Program-made: the position numbers and the translations under genes
Notes under the pieces: model-generated
Databases searched by the model: none
Told to the model about the DNA's origin: nothing
What the model saw: only the letters and a program-made list of their open reading frames with translations
In this document: one piece after another, positions 1 to 12,054 of the stretch
How the letters are laid out: each line of letters opens with the position of its first letter
How positions within the stretch are numbered: the stretch's first letter is position 1
NCBI GenBank assembly: GCA_027730605.1
Contig: JAQCGN010000002.1
Coordinates: 1-58,327, forward strand
Length of the DNA: 58,327 bases
Direction: 5' to 3'
DNA from: Actinomycetota bacterium
Lineage (GTDB): Bacteria; Actinomycetota; Actinomycetes; S36-B12; UBA5976

Positions 1-308
1 ACTCCATCTTTTACTAAACCTGGATCTATACCTAAATCATGGGTTGAGTTATATATAACTTCAGTAACAGTTATGACTAATCTTTCTCCTGATTTATTTT
101 CTACAGTGATAGTTTTTTTATCACTTTCATTTACTTCAGTTGTAAAACATGGTGGACTCATCCAATTAAGTGGTTTGTAAGCCCGGTCATCAGCATGAAT
201 GGAGACCGAACCATCAGCCTTAAAAAGAATCAATCGGGTGGCTTCTGGCAAATGAGCCGTCAGCCTTCCCACATAATCAACTGTGCAGGTAGCAACCAAT
301 AAACGCAT
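1..308 (-). CDS. nucS: Endonuclease NucS (EndoMS), N-terminal part; the 3' end runs off the window
   Basis: Reverse translation from the ATG at 308-306 gives [55 protein letters not shown]..., the conserved NucS N-terminal signature. It is absent from the ORF track because the window edge truncates it. Confidence 0.85.
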   Translation of the reverse strand, partial: MRLLVATCTVDYVGRLTAHLPEATRLILFKADGSVSIHADDRAYKPLNWMSPPCFTTEVNESDKKTITVENKSGERLVITVTEVIYNSTHDLGIDPGLVKDG

Positions 309-344
309 AACTCGATGATGCCTGATGACTAAATATGCGCAACA

Positions 345-683
345 ATGGCTGTCATGATGACTTGGGGTAGCACCACCTATGTAACACTTCCCTTGATTGT
401 TGGTTTGGGATTATTAATACTGGTGCTGTTTTTGAGATGGGGTTTTAGTCCAAAGAAAACTTCTCTAATTGAACGCCCAACCAAAGCAAGCTTCAAAGAT
501 GATTATGGAGTCTTAGTAGCAATTGGAAATCCAGCCAATTACGCAGAAGGTGAAAAACTTCGCCAAGAATTAATTGCTCACAACATAAAAGCTACTTTGG
601 CTTTTACTTTGGAAGGACCACAATTAATGGTGTGGCCTAAGGATGAAACTAAAGCAAGAAATTTGATTCGCGGACGAGTCTAA
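345..683 (+). CDS. Hypothetical small membrane-anchored protein
   Basis: 112-aa ORF with one N-terminal hydrophobic helix ([19 protein letters not shown]) followed by a soluble domain of about 70 aa. I do not recognise a family with confidence. Confidence 0.5.
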   Translation: MAVMMTWGSTTYVTLPLIVGLGLLILVLFLRWGFSPKKTSLIERPTKASFKDDYGVLVAIGNPANYAEGEKLRQELIAHNIKATLAFTLEGPQLMVWPKDETKARNLIRGRV

Positions 684-684
684 A

Positions 685-1257
685 TTATCTATGGGCTCCT
701 GGAACCCATAAAACATCACCTTGTGCTCTATTGCTGTAACGGGCAAGCACAAATAACAAATCTGAAAGTCTATTTAAATATCTTGCTGGAGTTTCTGTCA
801 TCACAATTTTATGAGCAGTAAATGCTGTCCAAGTTGATCTTTCAGCACGTCTCACAATTGTTCTTGCCACATGCAAAAGTGCAGCTCCAGGTGTTCCACC
901 TGGAAGAATGAATGAACTCAAGGGTTTAAGAAATGAGTTGTAGTGATCAATTGCTTTTTCTAAATCATCAACATATTCAGGTTTAACTCTTAATTGTGGT
1001 GTGTCATTTTTTTTACCAACTGGAGTTGCTAAATCAGCACCAACATCAAATAAATCATTCTGAACTCTAGTAAGTAAGTCTTTAACATCCTCATCTAGAT
1101 TTCCCATGGCAATTGCCACACCTATAGATGAATTAGCTTCATCAACATCAGCAAAAGCTTCTAATCTTAAATCTGTTTTTAAAGCCCGGGACATATCCCC
1201 TAAAGCAGTAGTTCCATCATCACCAGTTCTGGTGTAGATGCGAGTGAGATTAACCAT
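685..1257 (-). CDS. ATP:cob(I)alamin adenosyltransferase, PduO/MMAB type
   Basis: 190 aa. The N-terminus IYTRTGDDGTT and the length are typical of PduO-type corrinoid adenosyltransferases. It sits beside murA as Rv1314c does in M. tuberculosis. Confidence 0.85.
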   Translation of the reverse strand: MVNLTRIYTRTGDDGTTALGDMSRALKTDLRLEAFADVDEANSSIGVAIAMGNLDEDVKDLLTRVQNDLFDVGADLATPVGKKNDTPQLRVKPEYVDDLEKAIDHYNSFLKPLSSFILPGGTPGAALLHVARTIVRRAERSTWTAFTAHKIVMTETPARYLNRLSDLLFVLARYSNRAQGDVLWVPGAHR

Positions 1258-1316
1258 GAGTAGAGCCTATGTGTGAATTGGTGTTTACACACTTTGGTTG
1301 GGTACTCTGGTGAGTC

Positions 1317-2579
1317 ATGGAAGCATTTCGAGTTGAACGATCCGGTCCCCTAAAGGGTGACGTGCGTGTTCCTGGTGCAAAAAATAGCGTTCTAAAACTT
1401 ATGGCTGCTGCTGTCATGGCAGAAGGATTAACAACTTTAACAAACGTCCCACAAATATTAGATGTTGAAATTATGGCTGAATTACTTCGAAGACTTGGCT
1501 GCAAAGTTGAACACGATATTGCAACATCAACTGTAACAATCGATGTACCAGCAAAAATAGGCCACAAAGCAGACTATGACTTAGTAAGAAAAATGCGTGC
1601 CTCTATTTCAGTACTTGGACCACTAGTTGCCAGATGTGGTGAAGCAGACATTGCTCTTCCTGGTGGTGATGCAATTGGATCTCGCGGACTTGATATTCAC
1701 ATGCAAGGTTTAGAAAAACTAGGTTGCCATGTTCATAGTGAACACGGTTATTTAATTGTTAGAGCAGAAAATGGATTAAGTGGAGCAAATATCGCTCTAG
1801 ATTTTCCAAGTGTTGGTGCAACAGAAAATGTTGTGATGGCAGCAGTTTTAGCTAAAGGAAATTCAAATATTGACAATGTTGCCCGTGAACCTGAAATTGT
1901 TGATTTATGCAACATGTTAGTAAAAATGGGTGCAAAGATTAATGGCATTGGTTCAAGTGTTTTAGAAATTACAGGTGTAAAAAAACTTAATCCCACGACT
2001 CATAATGTTGTTCCTGATCGAATTGTGGCTGGAACTTGGGCAATTGCAGCAGTCATGACTCAAGGAGATATCACAATTCATGGAGTAAAACCAAGTGATA
2101 TGGAATTAGTTTTAGAAAAGTTACGTGATACTGGTGCTGAAATTAAATCAGTTGAAGATCGATTAAATGTTTCCATGCACACCAGACCAAAAGCAGTTGA
2201 CATTGTTACCCTTCCCTATCCAGGTTTTCCCACCGATTTACAACCTCAAATGATTGCCCTAAATTCCATAGCCACAGGATCTTCCATGGTTACTGAAAAT
2301 CTGTTTGAAGCAAGATTTAGATTTGTTAATGAATTAGCAAGATTAGGTGCGGATGTAAAGATCAATGGTCACCATTGCTTAGTTAGAGGAAAAGAAATAC
2401 TTTCAGGAGCACCGGTTGAAGGAACCGACGTTAGAGCTGGCGCATCTTTAGTTTTGGCAGGTTTAGTAGCAGATGATGTTACATATGTAACTGAAGTTCA
2501 CCACGTTGATCGTGGATATTCAAACTTTGTTGAAAATCTAACAGGACTTGGCGCCAACGTTAAACGCGTAGAAATGTAA
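1317..2579 (+). CDS. murA: UDP-N-acetylglucosamine 1-carboxyvinyltransferase
   Basis: 420 aa. Contains [19 protein letters not shown], the EPSP-synthase/MurA fold pattern, and ends [14 protein letters not shown]. Confidence 0.95.
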   Translation: MEAFRVERSGPLKGDVRVPGAKNSVLKLMAAAVMAEGLTTLTNVPQILDVEIMAELLRRLGCKVEHDIATSTVTIDVPAKIGHKADYDLVRKMRASISVLGPLVARCGEADIALPGGDAIGSRGLDIHMQGLEKLGCHVHSEHGYLIVRAENGLSGANIALDFPSVGATENVVMAAVLAKGNSNIDNVAREPEIVDLCNMLVKMGAKINGIGSSVLEITGVKKLNPTTHNVVPDRIVAGTWAIAAVMTQGDITIHGVKPSDMELVLEKLRDTGAEIKSVEDRLNVSMHTRPKAVDIVTLPYPGFPTDLQPQMIALNSIATGSSMVTENLFEARFRFVNELARLGADVKINGHHCLVRGKEILSGAPVEGTDVRAGASLVLAGLVADDVTYVTEVHHVDRGYSNFVENLTGLGANVKRVEM

Positions 2580-2580
2580 A

Positions 2581-2608
2581 TAGGTGCCAACTGTTTAGTT
2601 GGCACCTA
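2581..2608. terminator. Bidirectional terminator-like hairpin between convergent murA and the DUF4389 gene
   Basis: taggtgccaac / gttggcaccta form a perfect 11-bp stem with a 6-nt loop. The hairpin starts 2 nt after the murA stop and is flanked by A/T-rich sequence. Confidence 0.6.
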
Positions 2609-2620
2609 TTATTTAATTCC

Positions 2621-3220
2621 TTAGTTGGTGGGTTTTACTGAAAAAGTTGGATATTCATCTGTTACTAAAATAAATGCATACCCGGTAACTCTGTTCCAGA
2701 ATTGAACTGTTCCCACCACAAAGTCAATTGCAAATTTTGGATATTTACCTGTGAACAAGATATTGAACCAAGCAATGATGGTGTAAATAATTGTTACCAC
2801 TAAGTAAACAACTCCAACTATATAAAGTGGAATTGCCAGTAACCACTTGATTAATGGAAGCCATCTATTAAGGGCTTTGCCACCTTTTACATCTGGCAGC
2901 GTGATATTTACATATTTGCTTTTTTCAATTGATGGAAATTCATCAGTTAAATAAAGGGCATAAACTGAGATTCTGTTTTGTAGTTCCAAGAATGCCTGGT
3001 TGAAACCATAAATGTAGCTTGGATAAATTCTTCTAAAAACTAAAGCCAGAAGTACTGGAACTGCAAGTATAAATGAAATACTTACCGCACCTGAATTATT
3101 GGATGAAAAAGTACTCACAAATATTAAAATCGGAATGATCAAAACTGGTCGAAAAAAAGTTGTTGCTCTGTTTCTTTTTCTGGTATTAACTACTAATTTT
3201 GTGACAACTTGCTTTGACAT
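2621..3220 (-). CDS. DUF4389-like polytopic membrane protein
   Basis: 199 aa. The C-terminal half reads WLLAIPLYIVGVVYLVVTIIYTIIAWFNILFTGKYPKFAIDFVVGTVQFWNRVTGYAFILVTDEYPTFS, which matches the DUF4389 pattern as I remember it. A weaker copy lies in the N-terminal half. Confidence 0.65.
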   Translation of the reverse strand: MSKQVVTKLVVNTRKRNRATTFFRPVLIIPILIFVSTFSSNNSGAVSISFILAVPVLLALVFRRIYPSYIYGFNQAFLELQNRISVYALYLTDEFPSIEKSKYVNITLPDVKGGKALNRWLPLIKWLLAIPLYIVGVVYLVVTIIYTIIAWFNILFTGKYPKFAIDFVVGTVQFWNRVTGYAFILVTDEYPTFSVKPTN

Positions 3221-3250
3221 CTAAAACTCCTTTGATGGGATAACTATTTT

Positions 3251-3616
3251 CTAACCTACTGCAATAGTCAGTCTTGACTCTGCTCTTTTCAGTGCTTCTT
3301 TATCACCTGATTTTGTTGCTTCATCTTTTGCTTTTTGAGCACGTTTAACATCAATATCACTGGCTAATTCAGCTGTTTCTGCTAACACAATCACATTGTT
3401 ACTATCAACAATTACAAATCCACCATGTGCTGCTGCTTTTAATTCACTGCCTTCAAGTGGCCTGATGGTGACGGGGCCATCGTCAAGTGAAGCAAGCAAA
3501 GGTGCGTGTCCAGGAAGTAAACCAATTTCACCTGATTTAGTTCTTAACACAACCGTGCTTGCTTGCCCTGACCAGACTTTTCCGTCAGTTGCAACAACTT
3601 CAACATTTAATGGCAT
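3251..3616 (-). CDS. atpC: F1 ATP synthase epsilon subunit
   Basis: 121 aa located directly downstream of atpD. The N-terminal beta-sandwich pattern VVATDGKVWSG...GEIGLLPGHAPL is present. Confidence 0.9.
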   Translation of the reverse strand: MPLNVEVVATDGKVWSGQASTVVLRTKSGEIGLLPGHAPLLASLDDGPVTIRPLEGSELKAAAHGGFVIVDSNNVIVLAETAELASDIDVKRAQKAKDEATKSGDKEALKRAESRLTIAVG

Positions 3617-3623
3617 TAGTTAG

Positions 3624-5072
<1,449 letters not shown>

Positions 5073-5999
5073 CTAGTTGGCGGACTTTAGTGAGTCGGCG
5101 CCACCGACAATTTCACTAATTTCCTGGGTAATTTCGGCCTGACGTGCTTGGTTAGCACGACGGGTCAAACTCTTGATTAGATCTTCAGCATTTTCAGTTG
5201 CTGATTTCATGGCACGCTGTCTTGCTGCGTGTTCTGAAGCTGCTGCTTGTAACAAACCTGCATACACCAAATATTCAATGTATTTAGGTAATAGTTCATC
5301 GAGCACCGCATCTGGTGATGGCTCGAAATCATAAAGAGGCAAAGTTGGTTTGTGGGTATCAACTTCGGTCATCTTTGATGATGATTGAACTAGTTCTTCT
5401 ACAACTTCTAATGGCACAATTCTTTGCACCACTGGAACTTGAGAAATTCTGTTCACAAAACGGGTGTAAATGATTTGGATTTCATCAACACCACCTTGTG
5501 CTTCTTCTTTTAAGAAAATTTCTAATAACGCTTTAGCAATAATGCGCGCATCATCATAAGTTGGTCTATCAGTAATTCCAGTCCAGCTTGCTGCAACTTC
5601 TCTGTTGCGGAATTTGTAGTAACCAAGACCTTTTCTGCCCACAATGAATGGAATAACTTCTTTTCCTTGTTCATCGCGTAATAGCTCAGTTAATCTTTCA
5701 CCTTCACGCAAAATATTGGCCGAATAAGCACCTGCTAAACCACGATCGGCTGTGATCAATAAAACTGCGGCACGTTTGCCATCTTTTTTGTTTAATAACA
5801 AAGGATGGTTTCCGCGAGCATTTGAGGCTGCTAAAGAAACTGCTTTATAAAGTGCTGTGGCATATGGAGTAGCCGCAGCCACTTGGTTTTGCGCCTTGAT
5901 GATTCGACTAGAGGCAATTAATTCCATTGCTCTAGTGATCTTCTTGGTCGCATTAACCGAGCGAATGCGTCTTCTAAATACGCGTAACTGGGCACCCAT
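5073..5999 (-). CDS. atpG: F1 ATP synthase gamma subunit
   Basis: 308 aa. N-terminus RRRIRSVNATKKITRAMELIA and C-terminus ITQEISEIVGGA. Confidence 0.95.
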   Translation of the reverse strand: MGAQLRVFRRRIRSVNATKKITRAMELIASSRIIKAQNQVAAATPYATALYKAVSLAASNARGNHPLLLNKKDGKRAAVLLITADRGLAGAYSANILREGERLTELLRDEQGKEVIPFIVGRKGLGYYKFRNREVAASWTGITDRPTYDDARIIAKALLEIFLKEEAQGGVDEIQIIYTRFVNRISQVPVVQRIVPLEVVEELVQSSSKMTEVDTHKPTLPLYDFEPSPDAVLDELLPKYIEYLVYAGLLQAAASEHAARQRAMKSATENAEDLIKSLTRRANQARQAEITQEISEIVGGADSLKSAN

Positions 6000-6008
6000 A
6001 ATTAACCT

Positions 6009-7643
6009 TTAAGCTCTTTTCTGAACTTTGATTTGGGCTTGTTCAACATCTTCAACAGCTAATGCTTCAACATTTGCATCAACCAATAAAGGTTGACCAT
6101 TTGCTTTCACAAACTGCTTCTTAAAGTTGTTGATACCTTTTTTGATGTCTTCAACGTTGTCATCACTTAGATCACGCGTGTCTCTGATTGCTGCCAAAGT
6201 TGAGGCATGTTCGCGATCTAGATAGTTATGGAATTCAACTTCGAAGCGACCAATATCTTCCACCGGAACATCATCAAGATTTCCCGTAGTTCCAGCCCAC
6301 AGAGATGCAACTGCTTTTTCCATTGGCAGTGGTGCATATTGGCCTTGAATTAGTAACTGAACTAAGCGTGAGCCTCGTTCTAGTTGTGATTTTGAAGCAG
6401 CATCAAGATCAGATCCAAAAGCAGCAAATGCTTCTAATTCTCTAAATTGTGCTAAGTCAAGACGAAGACGTCCCGCAACTTTTTTCATGGCTTTTGGTTG
6501 AGCTGATCCACCCACGCGAGAAACTGAAATTCCCACGTTGATCGCAGGACGAATTCCTGAGTTGAACAAATCTGTTTCCAAAAAGATCTGTCCATCTGTA
6601 ATAGAAATAACGTTGGTTGGAATATATGCAGAAACGTCATTTGCTTTGGTTTCAATAATTGGTAATCCAGTTAATGAACCGCCACCTAATTCGTTTGATA
6701 ATTTGGCGCAACGTTCTAATAAACGTGAGTGCAAATAGAACACATCACCAGGATATGCTTCACGACCTGGTGGACGACGAAGCAACAAAGACACTGCTCG
6801 ATAGGCCTCTGCTTGTTTTGTTAAATCGTCAAACACAATTAATGCAGGTTTTCCTTCATACATCCAATGCTGACCAATTGCAGAACCTGCATAAGGTGCG
6901 ATGTATTTAAAACCTGCTGGATCTGATGCAGTTGCCGCAACAATGGTGGTGTATTCAAGTGCACCGTATTTTTCTAATGTTGCTCTAACAGATGCTATAG
7001 TTGAACCCTTTTGCCCAATCGCTACATAAATACAGCGAACTTGTTTCTTAGGATCTCCTGATAACCAGTTTTGCTTTTGGTTAATGATCGCATCAATTGC
7101 AAGGGCAGTTTTACCAGTTCCGCGATCACCAATGATTAATTGGCGTTGACCACGACCAACTGCTGTCATTGCATCTACTGCTTTGATACCAAATTCAAGT
7201 GGTTCTTTAACAGGTTGGCGCTCAACTACAGTTGGTGCTTGTAGTTCAAGAGCACGTTGTGCACTTGCTTTAATGGCACCTAAACCATCAATTGGATTTC
7301 CAAGGGGATCAACAGTTCTTCCTAAGAAGCCATCTCCTACTGGAACTTCTAATACACGACCGGTACGTCTTACTTCTTGTCCTTCTTGGATACCTGAAGG
7401 ATCTCCTAAAAGAACAGCACCGATTTCTGAAACATCTAAGTTAAGAGCTACACCTAATAGTCCGCCTTCAAATTCAAGTAATTCACTTGTCATTGCTGAT
7501 GGCAAACCTTCAACGCGGGCAATACCGTCACCGGTTTCGGCTACACGTCCTACTTCATCCTTGGAAGTTTTCGGATTGAAATTGGCAACGTTGCGCTCGA
7601 TTGCACTCCGGATATCTTCAGGTTTGATCTGGAGTTCGGTCAT
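6009..7643 (-). CDS. atpA: F1 ATP synthase alpha subunit
   Basis: Walker A GDRGTGKT. The track ORF extends to 7700, but [16 protein letters not shown] from the ATG at 7643 gives the usual length of about 544 aa and the usual N-terminus. A gaaagg Shine-Dalgarno sequence lies upstream. Confidence 0.93.
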   Translation of the reverse strand: MTELQIKPEDIRSAIERNVANFNPKTSKDEVGRVAETGDGIARVEGLPSAMTSELLEFEGGLLGVALNLDVSEIGAVLLGDPSGIQEGQEVRRTGRVLEVPVGDGFLGRTVDPLGNPIDGLGAIKASAQRALELQAPTVVERQPVKEPLEFGIKAVDAMTAVGRGQRQLIIGDRGTGKTALAIDAIINQKQNWLSGDPKKQVRCIYVAIGQKGSTIASVRATLEKYGALEYTTIVAATASDPAGFKYIAPYAGSAIGQHWMYEGKPALIVFDDLTKQAEAYRAVSLLLRRPPGREAYPGDVFYLHSRLLERCAKLSNELGGGSLTGLPIIETKANDVSAYIPTNVISITDGQIFLETDLFNSGIRPAINVGISVSRVGGSAQPKAMKKVAGRLRLDLAQFRELEAFAAFGSDLDAASKSQLERGSRLVQLLIQGQYAPLPMEKAVASLWAGTTGNLDDVPVEDIGRFEVEFHNYLDREHASTLAAIRDTRDLSDDNVEDIKKGINNFKKQFVKANGQPLLVDANVEALAVEDVEQAQIKVQKRA

Positions 7644-7715
7644 CTTTGATACTGCCTTTCTACTTTTTCTATCTTTTGTATTTGCAAACTTTGCAAACAC
7701 TGGAAGTTTTTGGTT

Positions 7716-8522
7716 TTAGCCAGCTAACTGGCGTTTTACTTGTGCTAAACGGCTTGCAATTGTGCCATCGATAACTTCATCGCCAACTCTTACTGCAACT
7801 CCGCCTACAACTTTTTTGTCTATACTTACTTGTACTTGAACATCTTGTTTATAAATTGCTGTTAATGCGTTAGTAAGTCTTTGTTCTTGATCACTGGTTA
7901 AAGCAATTGCAGCAGTAACTTCAGCAAGCACTCGTCCTCTTCTTGCTGCAGCTAATTTTTGCAAATCGCCCAATGTTGAAGTAATTGATCTGCCATGACG
8001 ATGAGGTATAGCGTGATTTACTAACAAAATAGCGGTTGGGCTAAAAGTCTTCCCCACTAAATCATTAATCACATTTGCTCGATCTTTAACAGTCATATTT
8101 GGATTTGCCAGCATTAATTCAAGTTCCCCGCTTGCAGCAATTGCTCTTTCAAAAGCAAATACTTCATCTTCAACTCGATCTAGTTCAGCCTTTACTTCAC
8201 TAGCGGCAAATAAAGCCCTTGCCCCACTTGCTTCCAGGCTTTGCACTAGATCTTGGTTTTGACTCCACCGCATTTTTACAGCTTCACTTACTAATGAAAC
8301 CGCTTCTGTTGTGCCAGCTTTGGCCAAAACATCTTTAACAACACCAGCACGTGCTTCAGGTGAAATTCCTGAATCAGTAAGGGTAGTTAATAATGTCTTG
8401 CTGTCAGCAATAGCATCGGCTAACAAAAGCACACTTTCGCCATTTTCAAAGGTGTGCAGATTCTTATTAGAATCAACAAGTTTGATTAATGACTGATTAG
8501 CGATTTTGCTAGCACCCAACAT
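7716..8522 (-). CDS. atpH: F1 ATP synthase delta subunit (long actinobacterial form)
   Basis: 268 aa lying between atpF and atpA. The OSCP-like C-terminus reads VAVRVGDEVIDGTIASRL. Confidence 0.85.
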   Translation of the reverse strand: MLGASKIANQSLIKLVDSNKNLHTFENGESVLLLADAIADSKTLLTTLTDSGISPEARAGVVKDVLAKAGTTEAVSLVSEAVKMRWSQNQDLVQSLEASGARALFAASEVKAELDRVEDEVFAFERAIAASGELELMLANPNMTVKDRANVINDLVGKTFSPTAILLVNHAIPHRHGRSITSTLGDLQKLAAARRGRVLAEVTAAIALTSDQEQRLTNALTAIYKQDVQVQVSIDKKVVGGVAVRVGDEVIDGTIASRLAQVKRQLAG

Positions 8523-9074
8523 TTAGCGTTTACCCCCAGCAGATTCAAGATCTTTAATGAACTGATCAATAACTGCTTTTGCTCGTTGGTCATCTTGTAA
8601 AGATGCGCCAACGATTTTGCTTGCTAAATCAAGAGCTAAATTAGAAACATCTAGGCGTAATTCATTTACCGCTTTAGATTTTTCAGCTGCGATTTGAGCA
8701 TTTGCTTGTTGAGTAACTCCTTGTGCCACAACTTGAGCTTCAGTTCTAGCTTCATTAATTAAGTTAGTGCGCTCGGATTCTGCAGTGGAACGAATCTTTG
8801 CTGCTTCACTTCGAGCATCAGCTAGTTGTTGGCGATATTGCGCCAAAGTAATTGAGGCCTCTTGTTGCATTTTCTCAGCTTTAGCAATTCCACCTTCAAT
8901 TGATTCTGTACGAGCTTCTAATGTCTTTTTAATGTTTGGCAAAGCAAACTTTGAGAGCAAAAAGAAGATAGTAAAAAATGCAATTGTTCCTATGACTAAT
9001 TCATAAGTTGGTGGCAATAGAACATTGCTATTGCCTCCTGCACCCTCTGCTGCGAGGATCCAGTTCATATTCAC
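8523..9074 (-). CDS. atpF: Fo ATP synthase subunit b
   Basis: 183 aa. A single N-terminal TM helix is followed by a long charged, Ala-rich helix. It abuts atpH with no gap. Confidence 0.85.
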   Translation of the reverse strand: MNMNWILAAEGAGGNSNVLLPPTYELVIGTIAFFTIFFLLSKFALPNIKKTLEARTESIEGGIAKAEKMQQEASITLAQYRQQLADARSEAAKIRSTAESERTNLINEARTEAQVVAQGVTQQANAQIAAEKSKAVNELRLDVSNLALDLASKIVGASLQDDQRAKAVIDQFIKDLESAGGKR

Positions 9075-9095
9075 ACTCCAGTTTTTGGTTGTTAG

Positions 9096-9383
<288 letters not shown>

Positions 9384-10229
9384 TTAGTGCTCCGCGTGTA
9401 ACGAGCTGGAGATAAATACAGCTGTTAACAACGTGAAGATGAAGGCTTGAAGTGCTTGGATAAACATTTCAAATCCTGTTAAGACGATAGTCACGAAGAA
9501 AGAAACTATGGAACCTAAGTATCCAATTACTGAGACAAAACCCACAAAATTTGTCAGATTGAGCAAATACCAAGCAGAAACGGTGAAAACAGTGATAAGT
9601 AAATGGCCGGCAAACATGTTGGCAAATAAACGAATGGCAAGAGTAACTGGTCTAATAATGATTGTTGATAACACTTCAATTGGGGTAAGTAAAGGATAAA
9701 TTCCTATTGGCATACCTGGTGGAAAAGCAATGTTTTTAAAGTAACCAACCACACCTTGATTTTTCATTCCCAGATACAGATAAACAAACCAAACAATAAG
9801 TGCCAAAACTACTGGGAAAGCAAAACGAGATGAGACTGGGAATTGTGCCACCGGAATAATTGCCATCACATTCATGGTCCACACAAAGAAGAACAACGAG
9901 GTAAGAAAGGGAACAAAGCGATCACCATCTTTACCCATAATCTCTCGGGCAATGTTGTCACGAACAAACAAATAACCAACTTCAACAACGTTTTGTAACC
10001 CTGTTGGAACAAGTTTTGGTCTGGCAAAAGCTGCCAAGAAAACCACACTTACAATTACTGTGCAAAGTAGGGCCAAAATTACGGGTTTAGTTATATCAAT
10101 TGAAGTTAATCCAAGATTAAGAGAAGTTATGGCACGCCATTCAAAAATTCCTGCTCCTGGCGCGGGAAACGGACAAGCCTGGTCACCAAATTTACAAGTA
10201 ACTTCGGCTAAAGAAATAAAGTTAGCCAT
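9384..10229 (-). CDS. atpB: Fo ATP synthase subunit a
   Basis: 281-aa polytopic protein containing LAIRLFANMFAGH, which includes the conserved Arg. Confidence 0.9.
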   Translation of the reverse strand: MANFISLAEVTCKFGDQACPFPAPGAGIFEWRAITSLNLGLTSIDITKPVILALLCTVIVSVVFLAAFARPKLVPTGLQNVVEVGYLFVRDNIAREIMGKDGDRFVPFLTSLFFFVWTMNVMAIIPVAQFPVSSRFAFPVVLALIVWFVYLYLGMKNQGVVGYFKNIAFPPGMPIGIYPLLTPIEVLSTIIIRPVTLAIRLFANMFAGHLLITVFTVSAWYLLNLTNFVGFVSVIGYLGSIVSFFVTIVLTGFEMFIQALQAFIFTLLTAVFISSSLHAEH

Positions 10230-10270
10230 GAGTTAAACCTCTAATTGGCTTCACTTTTTTCTTTCCTTTC

Positions 10271-10492
10271 TTACGGTTTAATACTTAATTGTTTGTAAGT
10301 CATATAAAGTGCTAAAGCAATTCCTAGAATCACTCCAGCAGCTACAAACATTTCTACTTTGTTTACCCAAGTTCCAATTAGCCAACCAAGGCCTCCGTAA
10401 ATTAAAATTCCAGAAACCAGACGACCAAAAATTGCCCATGGATCATCTGAGGTTGTCTTGCGGGTTCGAAAGTTGTTTTGTTCGTTCACCAA
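10271..10492 (-). CDS. AtpI/AtpZ-like small membrane protein
   Basis: 73 aa with two TM helices, immediately upstream of atpB, the usual place for AtpI-type proteins. Confidence 0.6.
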   Translation of the reverse strand: MVNEQNNFRTRKTTSDDPWAIFGRLVSGILIYGGLGWLIGTWVNKVEMFVAAGVILGIALALYMTYKQLSIKP

Positions 10493-10499
10493 TAAAAGG

Positions 10500-10925
10500 C
10501 TAGTCGTCTTTTGACATCTTCAAAGCCTGGGGGGTTACAGGTTCAATCACCACATTTTTATGTTTTGCCATCACCCAAACAGATCCTGCTGACCAAGAAA
10601 GTGTGCAGGCAAAAATTGCGATGCCAAATGACCTTCCATCAAGCCACGCAGCGTCCATTAGTAACTTTATTAACACAAGTAACACAATTAATTGTGTTAA
10701 ATACACAATCATGGCTACTCCTAAACCAATTTCAGGCTTAGTTAATAAAACTCGCCCAATTACGTATTGACCAAATACAAAAAAGGCCAAAGTTAAAACC
10801 ATTCCCCCTAATGCCGAATAGCCTGCTTGTGCGTCTGTGAAAATGCCTAATCCGATAGAAAATAAAATTCCCACAATCAAGGTGGGCACTAAACCTGAAA
10901 CAATAATTTTGTTTTCAATCGTCAT
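10500..10925 (-). CDS. Hypothetical polytopic membrane protein at the head of the atp cluster
   Basis: 141 aa with about 4 hydrophobic helices. It abuts the wecA stop and occupies the position of Rv1303 in M. tuberculosis. Confidence 0.5.
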   Translation of the reverse strand: MTIENKIIVSGLVPTLIVGILFSIGLGIFTDAQAGYSALGGMVLTLAFFVFGQYVIGRVLLTKPEIGLGVAMIVYLTQLIVLLVLIKLLMDAAWLDGRSFGIAIFACTLSWSAGSVWVMAKHKNVVIEPVTPQALKMSKDD

Positions 10926-12029
10926 TTATGCAACCACTATCTCCTTGGGGTCTCTTCTCCTACCAAAGTAAATCAAAGAAGCCAATCCTGCAATAAGTGC
11001 AGACAAAGAATATAGAAACGGAATAAACGCAGTACTTACTGTGGCAAAAGCTAACAAAGCAGTTCCAGCATGCATCAACATCACAGCTCTTCTGTGAGAG
11101 TGACCTCTTTCTAACAAACGGTGATGCAAATGTTCTTTATCAGGGGTAAAAATATTGGCACCCCTTCTAGTTCTTCTTAACACCGCTAAAGCTAAATCAA
11201 ACAATGGAACTGCAATCACAGCTAAAGGAAGAAATATAAGTAAAAAGCTAGGTAGAACTGAAGTTAATTCCAAGGCACCAGGATCTGTTTGACCAGTCAA
11301 AGTAATCGCACACGCAGCTAACATCAAACCGATTAACATCGAACCTGTATCTCCCATGAAAACTCGTGCAGGAAACATGTTGTGGGGTAAAAATCCTAAA
11401 GTTACCCCAACTAATAATGCAGAAATAAGTGTGGGAAGAGTTGCTCGCGAGAAACCAAACTCCACACTTAGTAAATAACTGTAAGCAAAAAATGCTGCCG
11501 CACCCAGACCAACTACTCCTGCTGCTAATCCGTCTAAGCCATCCACGAAATTCACTGCGTTAACTGTGATTAAAACAATTAATACTGTTAATAAGACTCC
11601 TGTCAAAGGGTCAAGACTTAGTGTTCCTTGCACAAATGGCAACGGTAACCAAATAAGTGAAATTCCCTGAGAAGCCATTACTCCAGCAGCTAAAGTTTGC
11701 CCAGCTAATTTAACCGGTCCATCAACTGACCATTTATCATCAATTACTCCCAATAAAACTAAAATTCCAGCACCAGCCAAGAGTGCTCTTATTTGTTGTC
11801 CATCTTTAAAAACGTTACTTATTAAAGGTAATTGAGAAGCAAGTGATAAACCTGCTAACAAACCTGCCACCATTGCCAAACCACCCAATCGTGGAATTGG
11901 CCGATCGTGCACATCTCGATCGCGAACTTTGGCCATAAAACCAAAACGAAGAGCGGTATAGCGAGCAATTGGAGTTGTTAAATAAGTAATGAAAGCAGTT
12001 GCCAAGAGTACTAACAAATACTCGCGCAA
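10926..12029 (-). CDS. wecA: Undecaprenyl-phosphate GlcNAc-1-phosphate transferase (glycosyltransferase family 4, WecA/Rfe type)
   Basis: 367-aa polytopic protein. Motifs DRDVHDRPIPRLGG, NAVNFVDGLDGLA and MGDTGS are typical of the MraY/WecA family. Confidence 0.8.
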   Translation of the reverse strand: MREYLLVLLATAFITYLTTPIARYTALRFGFMAKVRDRDVHDRPIPRLGGLAMVAGLLAGLSLASQLPLISNVFKDGQQIRALLAGAGILVLLGVIDDKWSVDGPVKLAGQTLAAGVMASQGISLIWLPLPFVQGTLSLDPLTGVLLTVLIVLITVNAVNFVDGLDGLAAGVVGLGAAAFFAYSYLLSVEFGFSRATLPTLISALLVGVTLGFLPHNMFPARVFMGDTGSMLIGLMLAACAITLTGQTDPGALELTSVLPSFLLIFLPLAVIAVPLFDLALAVLRRTRRGANIFTPDKEHLHHRLLERGHSHRRAVMLMHAGTALLAFATVSTAFIPFLYSLSALIAGLASLIYFGRRRDPKEIVVA

Positions 12030-12054
12030 AGTTTTACTACTCTCTGTTGACTAC

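Noticed and set aside
6009-7700. 19-residue N-terminal extension of atpA ([19 protein letters not shown]) in the track ORF
   Set aside because: The alpha subunit normally begins near [16 protein letters not shown]. The internal ATG at 7643 has a purine-rich Shine-Dalgarno sequence and gives the canonical length. The extension is most likely just open upstream frame.
7183-7719. 178-aa plus-strand ORF, with shorter ones at 6538-6738 and 6659-6910, lying antisense inside atpA
   Set aside because: These lie entirely within the strongly supported atpA coding sequence on the opposite strand. The composition is Ser/Pro/Thr-rich, as expected for the antisense frame of a conserved gene. There is no Shine-Dalgarno sequence and no recognisable family.
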